Shown one piece after another: positions 12,678-25,100 of a stretch of DNA of 64,000 nt; positions within the stretch are counted from its first letter, which is position 1, and each line of letters begins with the position of its first letter. The stretch comes from Podarcis tiliguerta (taxonomy: Eukaryota). The notes below the pieces were generated by a model. That model ran no database searches. It saw only the letters and a list, made by a program, of their open reading frames with translations, and was not told the origin of the DNA. Both the position numbers and the translations under genes were made by a program. The stretch lies in NCBI GenBank assembly GCA_965153285.1, contig OZ229114.1; one strand, written 5' to 3'.

Positions 12678-13039
12678 GGGACGCGGGTGGCGCTGTGGGT
12701 AAAACCTCAGTGCCTAGGACTTGCCGATCGAATGGTCGGCGGTTCAAATCCCCGCAGCGGGGTGAGCTCCCGTCTTTCAGTCCCAGCTCCTGCCCACCTA
12801 GCAGTTCGAAAGCACTTAAGTGCAAGTAGATAAATAGGTACCGCTTTATAGCGGAAAGGTAAACGGCGTTTCCGCGTGCTGCTCTGGTGCCGGCTCGCCA
12901 GAGCAGCTTCGTCACGCTGGCCACGTGACCCGGAAGTGTCTCCGGACAGCGCTGGCCCCCGGCCTCTCAAGTGAGATGGGCGCACAACCCTAGAGTCGGA
13001 CACGACTGGCCTGTACAGGCAGGGGTACCTTTACCTTTA
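12678..13039 (+). mobile_element. Sauria SINE (different subfamily)
   Basis: gggacgcgggtggcgctgtggg head, acctttaccttta tail, variant internal sequence. Confidence 0.88.
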
Positions 13040-13139
13040 ACTGTAGATACAGTTTTCTGGATAAGGGTGTCAGGGTTGGAATAGCTGCGGCTTTTTGATA
13101 TATTCCCCTCAACTGCCGGCTCATGCTTTGAGATCAGTG

Positions 13140-13439
13140 CAGTGGCGTAGCGTGGGGGGTGCAGAGGGGGCCGGCCGCACCGGGCGCAACATCTGGGGGG
13201 GGGGGTGCACTCACAGCTCTCTGCCCCTACCTGGCTCACTCACTCTCACTGCAGTGCTGGCTGTGCGAATCCGATCCGAGCCGCCGGGTCGCCGCCCACT
13301 GTGGAGGGGAGGGTGCCAGGCGTGCGGTGCGGTGCGGAGAGAGAGTGAGGGACTATCTGGGGAGGGACAGTGCAGTGGGGGGGGGGGGCGCAAATTACTT
13401 GCCTTGCCCCGGGTGCTGACAACCCACGCTACGCCACTG
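13140..13439. mobile_element. hAT MITE, young
   Basis: Perfect 17-bp TIRs CAGTGGCGTAGCGTGGG / CCCACGCTACGCCACTG; perfect 8-bp TSD GATCAGTG (13132-13139, 13440-13447). Confidence 0.92.
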
Positions 13440-13473
13440 GATCAGTGGGGAGGTCCTCTTTGTAGTGCCACTG

Positions 13474-13527
<54 letters not shown>
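13474..13527. repeat. (AAT)n microsatellite
   Basis: About 17-18 perfect units. Confidence 0.95.
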
Positions 13528-14149
13528 TCTTTATTGTCATAGTGGGCGTAGTTCATGCAAAGTAGGGCTTTCTTGGTGGTGGTGCCCCACTGGGAAAGTT
13601 TGGTTGGACTCCCCCATTGACCAGGTTCTGTCGTTGATCGAAGATGCACTTGTTTGCCCTGGGACATAACTGGAAATAAGGAATTCTTTAAAGTTCCAAT
13701 ATTATTGTCTGCTGCATTCAGATTTTTTGTTTTTGGCATTTTAATTATTGGTGGTTATTTTAATTATTGGTTGTTATGACTATGTCATAACAGGTGGAAA
13801 GATGGTTTACAAAAATAAACAATATTTTATGCATTGCAATAAATGAACGATAGACGCAAACACAAAAAAACCCCAAATGACACAACTATTTGCATTGTTC
13901 AAAATAATACACCACTTCAGTCATGGGGGCGAAAAGGTGCGTCAGAAGTTGGCAACCTGTAGATCTTTTTATTTACTTAACTTACTTTATGATTGCATGG
14001 AATTGCCATGGCCTTTAGCTATTTATTTAATTTTTTAAAAAAATATTTTTTATTTATTTATTTGCTTGCCGCCCATCACTGGGTAGGTTTACAGCATGGA
14101 AACTCAGTACAAAAACTGCTTTAAAAAAATAACTTAAAAGCCAGAGAAA

Positions 14150-14830
14150 TGATCTTGTGGGACTCCAATTCCCATCAGCCCCAGCGCGGCATGACGGGAG
14201 TTGTAGTTCAGCAGAAAGAGAGGAAAACCCTCCAGGTTCCGGTCTAACTCGAAAGACGCCCTTGTCCCTCGCCCCGCCGCTTTCCCTGCAGCCACCCGGG
14301 TTCTTCCTCCGCGCAGGCGCGTTCCCCTTCCGTGTCGCCCTCATCGCGCGCTTCCGCCCGGCCCGCCTCCCCCCCTTTCCCCCGGCCGGCGGCTTCCGCG
14401 GAGCATGCGCAGCTTGGCGGGGCTCCTGAGGGAGGAGAGCGCGGGGGGTGGGGGAAATGGCGGCCGCGCTGCTGGCGGCGGCGGCGGCTTCGGAGGGCGG
14501 CGGCGCGGGCGGAGGAAGCAGCGGCTGCTCCGGCGGGGTCTCCGGGGCGCTCATGCCGGGGGGAGGAGGAGGAGGAGGCCTGGGTTCGGGGGGCGGCGGA
14601 GGCGGCGGCGCTGCTGCCTCTTCGGCAGGCCCGTCGTCGTGGACGCGCTCGTTGGAGCGGGCGCTGGAGGAGGCGGCGGCCAGCGGCGCCCTCAGCCTGA
14701 GCGGCAGGAAGCTGAGGGACTACCCGCGGGGCAGCGCCGCCAGCCACGACCTCAGCGACACCACGCAGGCCGGTGAGGAGAGGGGAAGCGGGGCGGGGGG
14801 GAGAGGGAGGGCTGCGCCCCCGAATATGTG
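14150..14830 (+). promoter_or_regulatory. CpG-island promoter of LRCH3
   Basis: Very high GC and CpG density; ZNF143/SBS-like motif 14189-14207 (minus), GC boxes, ETS-like CTTCCG, NRF1-like GCATGCGCA (14403-14411), YY1-like AAATGGCGGC over the ATG. Confidence 0.8.
14457..14772 (+). CDS. LRCH3: LRCH3 coding exon 1
   Basis: gaaATGGCG start; Ala/Gly-rich N-terminus then WTRSLERALEEAAASGALSLSGRKLRDYPRGSAASHDLSDTTQA; donor G|gtgagg. Confidence 0.95.
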
Positions 14831-14874
14831 GGAGGAGGAGCCCCCAAGCGCCTCTGGGGGCGGGAGGGGGGCAA

Positions 14875-15290
14875 TGGGTGCTCCCCCCATTCCTTAGTGT
14901 TTGGGGGGGGCGAGGGGTGCTCCCCCACCCCTCAGTGTTTGGGGGGGCAAGGGGTGTTCCTTCCACCCCTATGTGTTTGGGGGGGCAAAGAGTGCACTCC
15001 CACCCCTCAGTGTTTGGGGGGCAAGGGGTGCTCCCCCACCCCACAGTGTTTGGGGGGGGCAAGGGGTGTTCCCTCCACCCCTCAGTGTTTGGGGGTGGCA
15101 AAGGGTCTCCCCCCACCCCTCAGTGTTTGGTGGGCAAGGGGTGTTCCCCCCACCCCTCCGTGTTTGGGGGGCAAGGGGTGTTCCCTCCATCCCTCAGTGT
15201 TTCGGGGCAAGGGGTGCTCCCCCACCCCTCAGTGTTTGGGGGGGGCAAGGGGTGCTCCCCACACCCCTCAGTGTTTAGGGGGGGCAAGAG
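14875..15290. repeat. GC-rich minisatellite, unit about 30-33 bp
   Basis: About 13 copies of ccccaccctcagtgtttggggg(g)caaggggtgct with variable G/C run lengths. Confidence 0.92.
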
Positions 15291-15664
15291 GGTCTCCTCC
15301 AGGGGCTCTGGCCCAAATGGCCCTCTCTGCGCCCCTCTACTTATTTATTTTATTGGCTGGACTGCTTCGTTGGTCGCGTTCATATCCCGCCTTTTAATCC
15401 GACGGTGTCCTCTCCCCGCCCTCCTCCTGCCATCTCCACAACGCCCCTGTGAGGTGGGCTAGGCTGAGAGAGGCAGTGGTTGCCCCCCCCCCGTGACACT
15501 CAGTGAGCTGAGTGGGGGGACGGGACTCGAACCCAGGTCTTCGTCCCATGCGTCGTTGGTTATTCTGGATTTGGCTCCACCTGTTCTCTGCGCCACAGAT
15601 TGGGATCCGTTGTTACAAATATATCCCGTATTTTTCCTCCGTGGGTTTCATGATAGGTCAGTCG

Positions 15665-16010
15665 GGGGTCAGGGTCATTGGTTTGAGCCCCACGTTGGGC
15701 AAAAGATTCCTGCATTGCGGGGGGGGGGGTTGGACTAGATGGCCCTTGCGTCCTTTACAACTCTACAATTCCATGATCCTTAATCTCAGGATTGTGGGTT
15801 TGAGTCCCATGCTGGGCAAAAGATTACTGCATTGCAGGGGGGGGGGTTGGACTAGATGGCCCTTGTGTCCCTTACAACTCTACAATTCTATGATTCTTAA
15901 TCGCAGGGTTGTGGGTTTGAGTCCCACATTGGGCAAAAGATTCCTGCATTGCAGGGGGTTGGACTAGATGATCCTCGGGACCCCTTCCAGCTTTAGAAGT
16001 CTATGATTCT
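15665..16010 (+). mobile_element. Three tandem 5'-truncated tRNA-Lys-derived SINE units with CR1-like tail
   Basis: Unit cttaatctcagggttgtgggtttgagtcccacgttgggc (3' half of tRNA-Lys-CTT) plus aaaagattcctgcattgcaggggg..ttggactagatg...ctatgatt; period about 118 bp. Confidence 0.8.
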
Positions 16011-16254
16011 GTGACTCAAGGGCAGTGTGTATTGTTTTTCCCTTCTCCGCCTCTTCAGTTAACCCCCAAAACATCCCAGTGGGGGGTGGGTTGGGCAGAG
16101 AGAGGCAGTGGCTGGCTGGCATCCAAGGCCACCCAGTGAACTTCATGGCCGAGTGGGGATTTGAACCCTGGTCTCTCCCAGGTCCTAGTCTGACACTCCT
16201 TAACTACTGCAACCCACTGGCTCTCTCAGTTTTTCTATCCTTTCTTTCCAGTGG

Positions 16255-16785
16255 GATGCAGCAGCCAAAAAAGCTAATGTGATTCTAGGCTGCATCAAGA
16301 GAAGTTACAGTGTCCAGATCAAGGGAAGTTATAGTCCTTCTCTATTCAACCTCGGTCAGACCCCACCTGGAGTAACATGTCCAGTTCTGGCCACCACAGT
16401 TTAAGAAGGTTGTTGACAAGCTGCAACATGTGCAAAGGAAGGTGACCGAGATGATCAAGGGTCTGGAAACCAAGCCTTGTAAGAACGGTTAAGGGAGTTG
16501 AGTATGTTTAGCCTGAGGGAGAGTAGACAGAGAGGACATATGATAGCCATCTTCAAGTATCTGAAGGGGTCACATGGAACATGGAGCAAAAACATTAGGA
16601 AGGACTTTCTGATGGTAAGAGCTGTTCGACAGTAGAATGGACTCTCTTAGAAGGTGCTGGGTTCTGTTTCCCTGGAGGTTTTTACGCAGAGGTTGGGTGG
16701 TCATTTGCCAGGGATTATTTAGCGGTATTGCATCGGGTTGGACTAGATGCCCCTTGAGGTCCTTTCCAATCCTACAATTCTATGC
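16255..16785 (+). mobile_element. CR1 LINE 3' fragment, decayed
   Basis: CR1 RT C-terminal motifs (ggtcagaccccacctggagta, ccagttctgg), ending in attctatg. Confidence 0.85.
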
Positions 16786-17627
16786 TTCCTCCTAGGAGCT
16801 CAGTGTGGTGCATAGAGTTCTCCCCTTCCCAATTTTATCCTCAGAACAATCCTGTGAGGGGGGTCGGACTGAGAGTGACTGGCACCTAAGGTCACTCATT
16901 GAGCATCACTGAGTAGGGATTTGTACCCTGGCCTCCCAGGTCTTCATCCGACACCCTTAACCACGATGCCAGAAAGGCTGCTTTGTAACTCTAACCAGAG
17001 CAAGGCGAAGGCTGCCTTCCTTCCTTCCTAGTTGGGTTGTGTGTGTGTTGGTGAGCCCCAAGAGCCAAGGATGCTTCGCAGTGCTGGTCAAATGCACAGC
17101 CATACCTGTAGACCACCCTAGTAAGGCTGCTAGAACCCTATCCCCATTTACTGGGGAGTATGCCCAATTGATCTCCCTGGGACTTGATTCTAAGTAAACA
17201 TTGCCCTGCTATTCCACAAAAATTGTGTGGATTAGTGAATTGTTTCATGCCAGTTTGCATGAATTGGGATGTTTGCAAATAAATGCAGTTACCAGTATTG
17301 AGGTTAATTTCAGATAGGTGGTGTTATGATTGCAGTCTTCAAAACACTTACTGGGGAGTAAGCCTCATCTGAAGTCAGTAGACTGATCTCTGAGTAAATA
17401 AGCATAAGTTGTGGGCCGCTTATGGGTGGATTTTGTATCTGTAATACAAGCATTTGTATATTACAAACCACCTGCACTGGATGCCAAAGTGGTGTTGAAT
17501 GTATTATGTGGTGTTATTTATGAAATATTATACTTCTGGGATCACAGAAAATGAGAAAATGATCCTGCAAAAGTAGAATGGGGAAAAATGTTTGTGTAGC
17601 TTAGATACTAGATTTATTAAAAACACT

Positions 17628-17940
17628 TAGAATCATAGAATTGTAGAGTTGGACGGAACACCAAGGGTCATCTAGTCCAACCCCCTGCAATTCAGGAATC
17701 TCAGCTAGATCATATATGACATGTGGCCATCCAACCTCTGCTTAAAAATCTGCAAGGAAAGAGAGTCCACAACCTCCTGACGGGGACCGTTCCACTGTCA
17801 AATAGCTTTTACTGTCGGAAAGTTTTTCCTGATGTTGGATCAGAATCTCCTTTCTGGTAACCTGAAGCCATTTGTTCGAATCCTACCCTCCAGCAGGGCA
17901 GGAAAAAACAAGTTTGTTCCTTCTTCCATGTGACAGCTGT
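17628..17940 (-). mobile_element. CR1 LINE 3' fragment
   Basis: agaatcatagaattgtagagttgga tail (inverted) followed by CR1 3' sequence. Confidence 0.8.
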
Positions 17941-19130
17941 TCTAACCTGCCTTTCTGTTCAAAGGGACCCCCAAGATGGCAACATAGCACCCTCAGTTTG
18001 GTTGTCTGTCCAGAGAGAGAGGAGCAAAAGGCAGGTCCCTGCCCCAAGGAGCCTTACAATCTAAACTTGATCGAGGGGAGAAGGAGAGCTTTGGCTGACA
18101 AATGATTAATATGAGCAGTTGCACACGCGAAGGCTTTGGTTCAGCTGAGGACTGTAAAGTTTCCTTCTTTTCTACCGTATGAGTGTGAAATGTGGTGTCC
18201 AACTGCCACTCCCTCCTCCACAAATCGAAATGATTCAAAATAATTTTGAAAGCATAATGGGTGGTGGTGAATAATGGTCTTGATCCCTGGAGAATTAGGG
18301 AGTCCCCGAGGAATAGGAAAACCCCCACAGTGGAATAGTCCACCATCTGGAACGCTTCCCTGTTCTCCCCCTACCCCGACTTAAGAGGGTATTTCATGAG
18401 CGCCTGTAGGCTGGGAGAACCTGCTGGAGAATAGATGGCAGCATTTCAAGGGTGGCATCTAGGGTGGGCACCGGTAGAGCTGGACCCAGGGATCTGTGAG
18501 GAATTGGAAAAGCAGGACACTCTTTTATTGTGGGATAGTGAAGACTTGGAGCCTGGGGACTGGGTAGAACCTCCTTCACTCTGCAAAAAATGCTGTCGCA
18601 TGAATGTGTATTTGTTCGTTGTACGGTTGAAAATTCCACTCTAAATATGGGCTTGACGGCCTGGTAACTGCCAATTTCATAGTACGCTTACACAAGCAAA
18701 TGGAGCCCAATTGTGGCAGCCTGTATTTAGGATGGGTAGAATAATTCAAAGTAGATTAAGTATTTACAGGTCTGTCTAAATGAGAACAAGCTGTCAAACT
18801 GGACTATGTGGGATAAACAGAATGCAGATGAACCCAGATGAATAGTCAAATAGCCAAGAAAGGGGGGGGTGTGGAATTCAGTGAATGGAAGTACAGTGTT
18901 TATTTTGTATCATTTGACATGTGACTATGTCTAGAAGTGTTTATTATAAATACAAATACTATGAGTCATCATTGTGAAACGTCTTAATCTCCATTGTTAG
19001 ATGAATTCAGATGTTACCATCTGTGGCTGCAAACTTGATTCTGATACAACTGTTTGCAAAATTTGTGGTGTTTGAAACAGGTTTGCTAGCAGAAAAGGAT
19101 TAAGTTGAAAGATTTCTGGATGTGAAACCT

Positions 19131-19497
19131 AGAATCATAGAATCATAGAATCATAGAGTTGGAAGAGACCACAAGGGTCATCGAGTCCAACCCCCTGCCA
19201 AGCAGGAAACACCATCAGAGCACTCCTGACATATGGTTGTCAAGCCTCTGCTTAAAGACCTCCAAAGAAGGAGACTCCACCACACTCCTTGGCAGCAAAT
19301 TCCACTGTCGAACAGCTCTTACTGTCAGGAAGTTCTTCCTAATGTTTAGGTGGAATCTTCTTTCTTGTAGTTTGGATCCATTGCTCCGTGTCCGCTTCTC
19401 TGGAGCAGCAGAAAACAACCTTTCTCCCTCCTCTATGTGACATCCTTTTATATATTTGAACATGGCTATCATATCACCCCTTAACCTCCTCTTCTCC
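19131..19497 (-). mobile_element. CR1 LINE 3' end, young
   Basis: Open frame MIAMFKYIKGCH...[50 protein letters not shown]; (ATTCTATG)n tail. Confidence 0.92.
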
Positions 19498-21362
19498 TCT
19501 TCACCTGTGGGGGCCTGGGTTCAAACGTCTGCCTGTGGACCTGCAGAGTGATTTTGGGATGGGTCAGCATTAAGTTGTGAATAGTAGGGTGTAAGCTGTG
19601 AATAATAGGGTGTACAGACTAGATTTCCTCAGCTGGAATGTTGTACTACATCTTTTCGTGTTAAGAATACTGTGGACATTGTGAAGATAGTAGAACCAAT
19701 CATATATTTGTTGTGGTATACTTGATTTTTAAGGGATTTTTAAAAACCTGGCTAAAAATAATATTTGAGAAATGTAATACTATTTTTCAAGTACTACAAA
19801 TCATATTTCTTTGGATAAAAGCCAACCGTCCTTCTTTCCTCCAAGTGCTCAGATACATTCTCAGTAAGGCCATCAACCCTGTAAGTTGGGCTAGAAGTAT
19901 TATTGCCCTATTACTGATGAGGGGTGAAGCTGAGAGAGAGTGGCTTGCCTAAGGCCACCTAGTGAGTTGAGCTGGCTGAGCTGTGATTTGATCGGGGGAC
20001 TTTCCGGTTCATAGCTCATGCTCTTAATTCAAAATGGGAATATGGCACATGGCCTCAGAAGCTTAGAAACAAATTAAACGAGCCTACAGCTGTAAGCCCT
20101 GAGCATGCTTGCTTAAAAGTAAACTTGCTGTATTCAGGCTGGAGATGTAGATTGTCTGACTTCAGTTATTCTGCTTTCTTAAGAAGCTCGGCTGTGGTTT
20201 AGCACTTGTGGTTCACAGCACAATGCAGTACAGTTTAAAATCCATTCCTGTCTGTTCTCATCCCTTCATAATCAATAATTGCTTACGTTTTTCCATTCTC
20301 CATGCTGTTTGGGACAGGCAATAATGTTGCATACTCACCCCAATCCCTTCTCCATATTTAAAACGTCAGCTGTCATTAGTGCTGCCAATTGTGAAGTAAG
20401 GCTGGAAACAGCTTTTATTTAGCACCTTTGAGAAGATCGGTGGCATCTAGTCCTTTCACCAGCTTTTGCCCCTTACACTCTTCTGTTAGAAAGCCAGAGC
20501 TGTGAGGTGCCACACAAAGTGATGCACAGGGCTGGTATGTCAGGTGCTTATACTGTATAGATCTGAAGTGTAAAGCAGAATATTATTCTGCATGAAGAAA
20601 ATTAGCTGCTGGAGTAGGAATTGTTTGCTTACATGATCTAGTTCCAACTTTTCTATTTTTGAGGGTTTTGTAATACTGGAGACTGCAATACATAAATAAA
20701 TAAATAAATAAATAAATAAATGCTGACAGTGGGATAAAACTAAGGGGGCACATTTAATGAAATGAAACTTTCCTGAGCAGAAATATAAAATGTAAACAAG
20801 CCCTTAAGATGCAGTAAAATATAAGGAACAATAGTTAGCTGTGGCATCTGCTCCTTTTAAAAAGTTTATTTGGAGATAGAGTTGAGAGATGTTTAGTTAG
20901 ATTTAAATGAATAAATAGATGGTCCGAATGTCATCAGACACTTACCTAAAACAACTAACAGTTGTTTCCGTGCAAAAACGTCTGTCTCTTAATTCTATTC
21001 CCTGTCAGTTTACATTTAAGCCTCTTACCCTTATTTTTACTACTTCCTTGTCAATCCCTAGCCTCAATCTTTAAAAAGAAAGTTCCCAATGTAGATTGAA
21101 ACCTTGTTGGTTCTGTATAGTACACTGCATGCAGTAGCAGAAATGCAGGATTCAACATATTGTAGTGAATGAAGTGTTGTAGGTATGTGTGCTCTAATGA
21201 AATCTAGGCATGTTATTTTAGTGGACTTGTTTGCAAGGTTATTGCTGGATAGTACATAGATCAAGCCCAGTAGGGCAGTTACAGTGTGAAGCTATTCAGC
21301 TGCATTGCGAGTTAACAAATGGGGAACAGAGTATGTGGCATACATGGACCTTTCATGGACTC

Positions 21363-21597
21363 TATTGTTGTTTAGTTGTGTCCGACTCTTCGTGACCCCC
21401 TGGACCAGAGCACGCCGGGCACTCCTGTCTTCCACTGCCTCCCGCAGTTTGGTCAAACTCATGTTCGTAGCTTCGAGAACACTGTCCAACCATCTTGTCC
21501 TCTGTCATCGCCTTCTCCTTGTGCCCTCCATCTTTCCCAACATCAGGGTCTTCTCTTCTCATGAGGTGGCCAAAGCAGTGGAGCCTCAGCTTCACGA
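21363..21597 (-). mobile_element. RTE/BovB LINE 3' fragment
   Basis: DSVLEATNMSLTKLREAVEDRSARRALVQGVTKSRTQLN and LRLHCFGHLMRRE motifs; (CAA)n tail. Confidence 0.88.
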
Positions 21598-21884
21598 TGG
21601 CTGTTTATTGCTGCTGCCACTGTAAGGTTGTAAAAGTGGATAGTACCAAGGTCCTGGAATGACCCTGTTCTACAGTTTTCCTGACTGCAAGAAAGCAGCT
21701 GTATGCACAGCTTTATTTTCTAAGCTTTTAATCATTGTTTATGATCATCTGGTTGTGATAAGATGGTATTTGCAGGGAAGCAGATTTTGGCTCAACATTA
21801 GGAGAAACATCCTAACAGCAAGAGCAGCTCAGTAAAGCAGCAGACTTCTTCAGAGCTGGTGGGCTGTCCTTCTGCTGCTCTGTC

Positions 21885-22140
21885 CCAGCTCCTGGCAGTT
21901 CAAAAGCATACCAGCGCGAGTAGATAAATAGGTACCACTATGGTGGGAAGATAAATGGCATTTCCGTGCGCTCTGGCACTCATCACAGTGCCCCTTTGTG
22001 CCAGAAGTGGTTTAGTCATTCTGGCCACATGTCCTAGAAAAGCTGTCCACAGACAAACGCCAAACCCCCTTTGGCCTGAAACTAAGCAGAGATGAGCGCC
22101 TCACCCCATAGTCGAATTAGCTGCCCAGGGGTCCTTTACC
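21885..22140 (+). mobile_element. Diverged 5'-truncated Sauria SINE within a CR1 relic
   Basis: agtagataaataggtacc...ggggtcctttacc motifs; CR1-like sequence on both sides. Confidence 0.7.
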
Positions 22141-25100
22141 ATTCCTCTTTACCTTCTCCGGAGATATTAAAGCAGAGGCTGGATGGTATCTATCAGTTAC
22201 GTTCTACTTTGTGCAGGAAGGTTGAACTAGGTGACCTCCAATGTCTCTTCCCCCTCGTAGGCTCTTTGCTGATTTCTCATATCAGGTTATTTGACTTAGT
22301 TTTTCCTCCACCCTCCAGTCACCGTCCTTTCAGCCTAACCTATTTCACAGGGTTATTGAGAGGATGGAATGAAGTGGCACGAGCTACGGATGCTGCCTTG
22401 AGCTTGTTGGAGGAAAGTTGGATGATAAATAAAGAAAATAAATAATCATAGTAATGTTCTATAAGTAAAAATATCTTAATTCATCGGAACCATGTGTTCA
22501 GTGTTGTTCTCTGTATTTCCAAGGCAAATATAGCCTTCACTGACCCATGGATGAGTGGATTCAAAACAAGGTTGTGGCTAGACAGCCACACAGTGCTGTT
22601 AACCTGTGTATTGCAGGTTCAGGGAGTCAAGACCCTGTGCTGCCTTACCATAAGATAAATTAAACTGCGGTTACACTCCTTTTACCACTTGGTAAGCATG
22701 ATTGTTTTCAAAATATGTCATAACATAGCCCTGTCAGGTTAAATACTTAGCAATTAACTTGAGGATATCCCTTTTTGTCTCAGCTGCTGTGTCACAGATA
22801 GCTTAACCTTTCTTATCCTAACCATGTAGTTGAAAATAAGAAGACTAAGGTTATTATTAGAATAAAATCAAGATGTAAAACGACAAAACACCTAATAAAA
22901 ATAAAAAGAACAACCCAATAGCCCCCCTCCCCCGCCAAAAACAACAACACACATTTTAAAAAGGCATAGGATGTAAATCGGGTCAACCAATGGCCTGGTT
23001 TAAAAAAAGGAACGTTTTTGCTTGGCACCTAAAGGTGTATAATGAAGGTCCCAGGCAAACTTCCCTGGGGAGAGCATTCCACAAATGGGGAGCCGCTGCA
23101 GAGAAGGCCTGTTCTTTTGTTGCCATCCTCTGGACCTCAGAAGATAAAATAAGGTTCCAGTTAGGCTCATATGGAAAGAGGCGGTTCTGGTGGATCTGTG
23201 TCTTCCATCATGATTTACTAGAAATGTCCCTGTTTTCATACATCGCAGGTTGATAACTTGGCAGGTATTTGTTCCACATCCAACTCCTTTACCCTTCATA
23301 CCGGCTCTGAAATTGATCTTCATATCAAACAAGGCTACTCTCTTTGGGAAATGTTTCTAGCCTTTATTTTATTTTTAGAATACCTATACCATGCTTTGGA
23401 AGAGCTCTTAAGTGATAACACATAAAATAATATAAAACGATTGTAAAACATACATCAGTAACGTCAGCCAGAATTTTAAATCAAGCTTGTGCAACTAAAT
23501 TACATTTCTGGGTATAAAGTTTTTAACAGGCATTTAAAACAGTATAGCAACAAGAAGCAATTCTGAGAGAACACTTCTCTTAGGCACATGATAGAAAGCA
23601 TCTGTATAAAATCCTAATTGCAATGAATGATTAGCTGGTTAGAATGATAAACAATAGTCCATTTGTTCTCTATTGTCTTCATTGAGGCTCATTGTGCTTT
23701 TACAGTAGTTTGTGGGAATACTAGCTGTCACCCAGTTCCCATCCATTCTAATTGTTCAAGAATTGAACAACATATTGGAGGCAGGAAAAGTTTGGCTTAT
23801 TTAAAATATTTATATTCTTCTTAACAGTCTCCAAGGGAGCTTACAGTAAAAGAGAATTTAAAACACGCTAGGATATTTTTATTTTAAAGTAAAAAGGCTA
23901 AGGTAATTGAAAAATATATTGTGTTCCAACTGCTGCTTTTAAAGCGTTTACAGTGAGACATGGGAAAATGGCCATGATCTGCATTTCTAGGCTTAATGTA
24001 ATATTTTCGGCTTTGATTAAATCACACTTTGCTGTTTAATTCCAAATTGGCAAACTATGGTCTGCAAACCTCAGTTTGATCCTAGTTTAGAGGACTCACT
24101 CAAACTACAATTTGTTAATTTGGTGGCAAATTGTGTCTTCATCAAACCAGGAAATATTCTGTTCACCCCAAGTGCAAGAGCACAGGACTTACTCCCAAGT
24201 CATGGCTTGGAAGATTGAAGAACTTGCCAACTTGTTTATGACTGAGCAATGATTTGAACACGGTGTTTTTAGTGAGATCAAATTTTAATCACCTGAGTTG
24301 TGATAGCAAGAGGCAAACAGAAATAAACAGAACTAGTAGCAAAGGCAGCTACTATGCATGTTGTCAAATATTTACATTGCTGCTCAGCCCATCTTCTGAA
24401 AGAGCTAGGCTTAACTAATCAAATCGGTTTGTAATCCGTGATAAATCTCTGCAAGGAGTTGATTGACTCTTTGTGAATTCTTGTTCATTAATTGTCCCAG
24501 AATAAAAAGCAGAGGGCTGTGATGATTACTTCAAATAGTTCTTTACTTCATTTTTGAATAGTTAAAATGGTAGTAAAATGTTTCAGGTTGTGTTACAGGC
24601 TAGATGACCCTTGACTTCTTTTAATGTTTTAAAAGAATAGCTGGGTATCAGTATTTTCATGTTTGCTCACTGGTAGGTTGTGGGATTTCCAAGTAATAAA
24701 ATACTTGGTTCTCTTTTTTTCTGCTTGTGAAAGGGTACTTTTTGTCTGAAGTCACATGCATGACTTTTAAGATATCATTTGGTGTTGTCTTTTTAGAGAG
24801 GCGGTGGTGCTTTCATATCTTTAAGAGCTAGAGCACTGAAGATGTGTTTAGCCTGTTCCTCAGTAGACGTTTTTTAAATTGGGCAGAATCTGCACAGATG
24901 GTTAAAGGGTGAGGAGGAAGGGCAGCAGTAGCTAAAGCTGTAATCAATTTAGTAATAGATGGTTGGACAAAGTGGATTTTGAAAAGAGATTTGGAAAAGC
25001 AAAGGTTTTGGCATATGGCGGGCTGCATTTTAAGCATTGTAATCAGCATTATTTCACACCAAAGTAGGACACCCTGTTCAGAACTTTGAAGCCACATTTT

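Noticed and set aside
14875-15290. CRISPR-like regular repeats
   Set aside because: No unique spacers and a eukaryotic context; it is a tandem minisatellite.
14054-15462. Long overlapping ORFs (290, 229, 189 and 166 aa) on both strands
   Set aside because: Produced by the stop-poor CpG island and minisatellite; only 14457-14772 matches a known protein.
15775-15820. tRNA-Lys gene
   Set aside because: Only the 3' half is present, it is mutated, and it runs into a SINE body.
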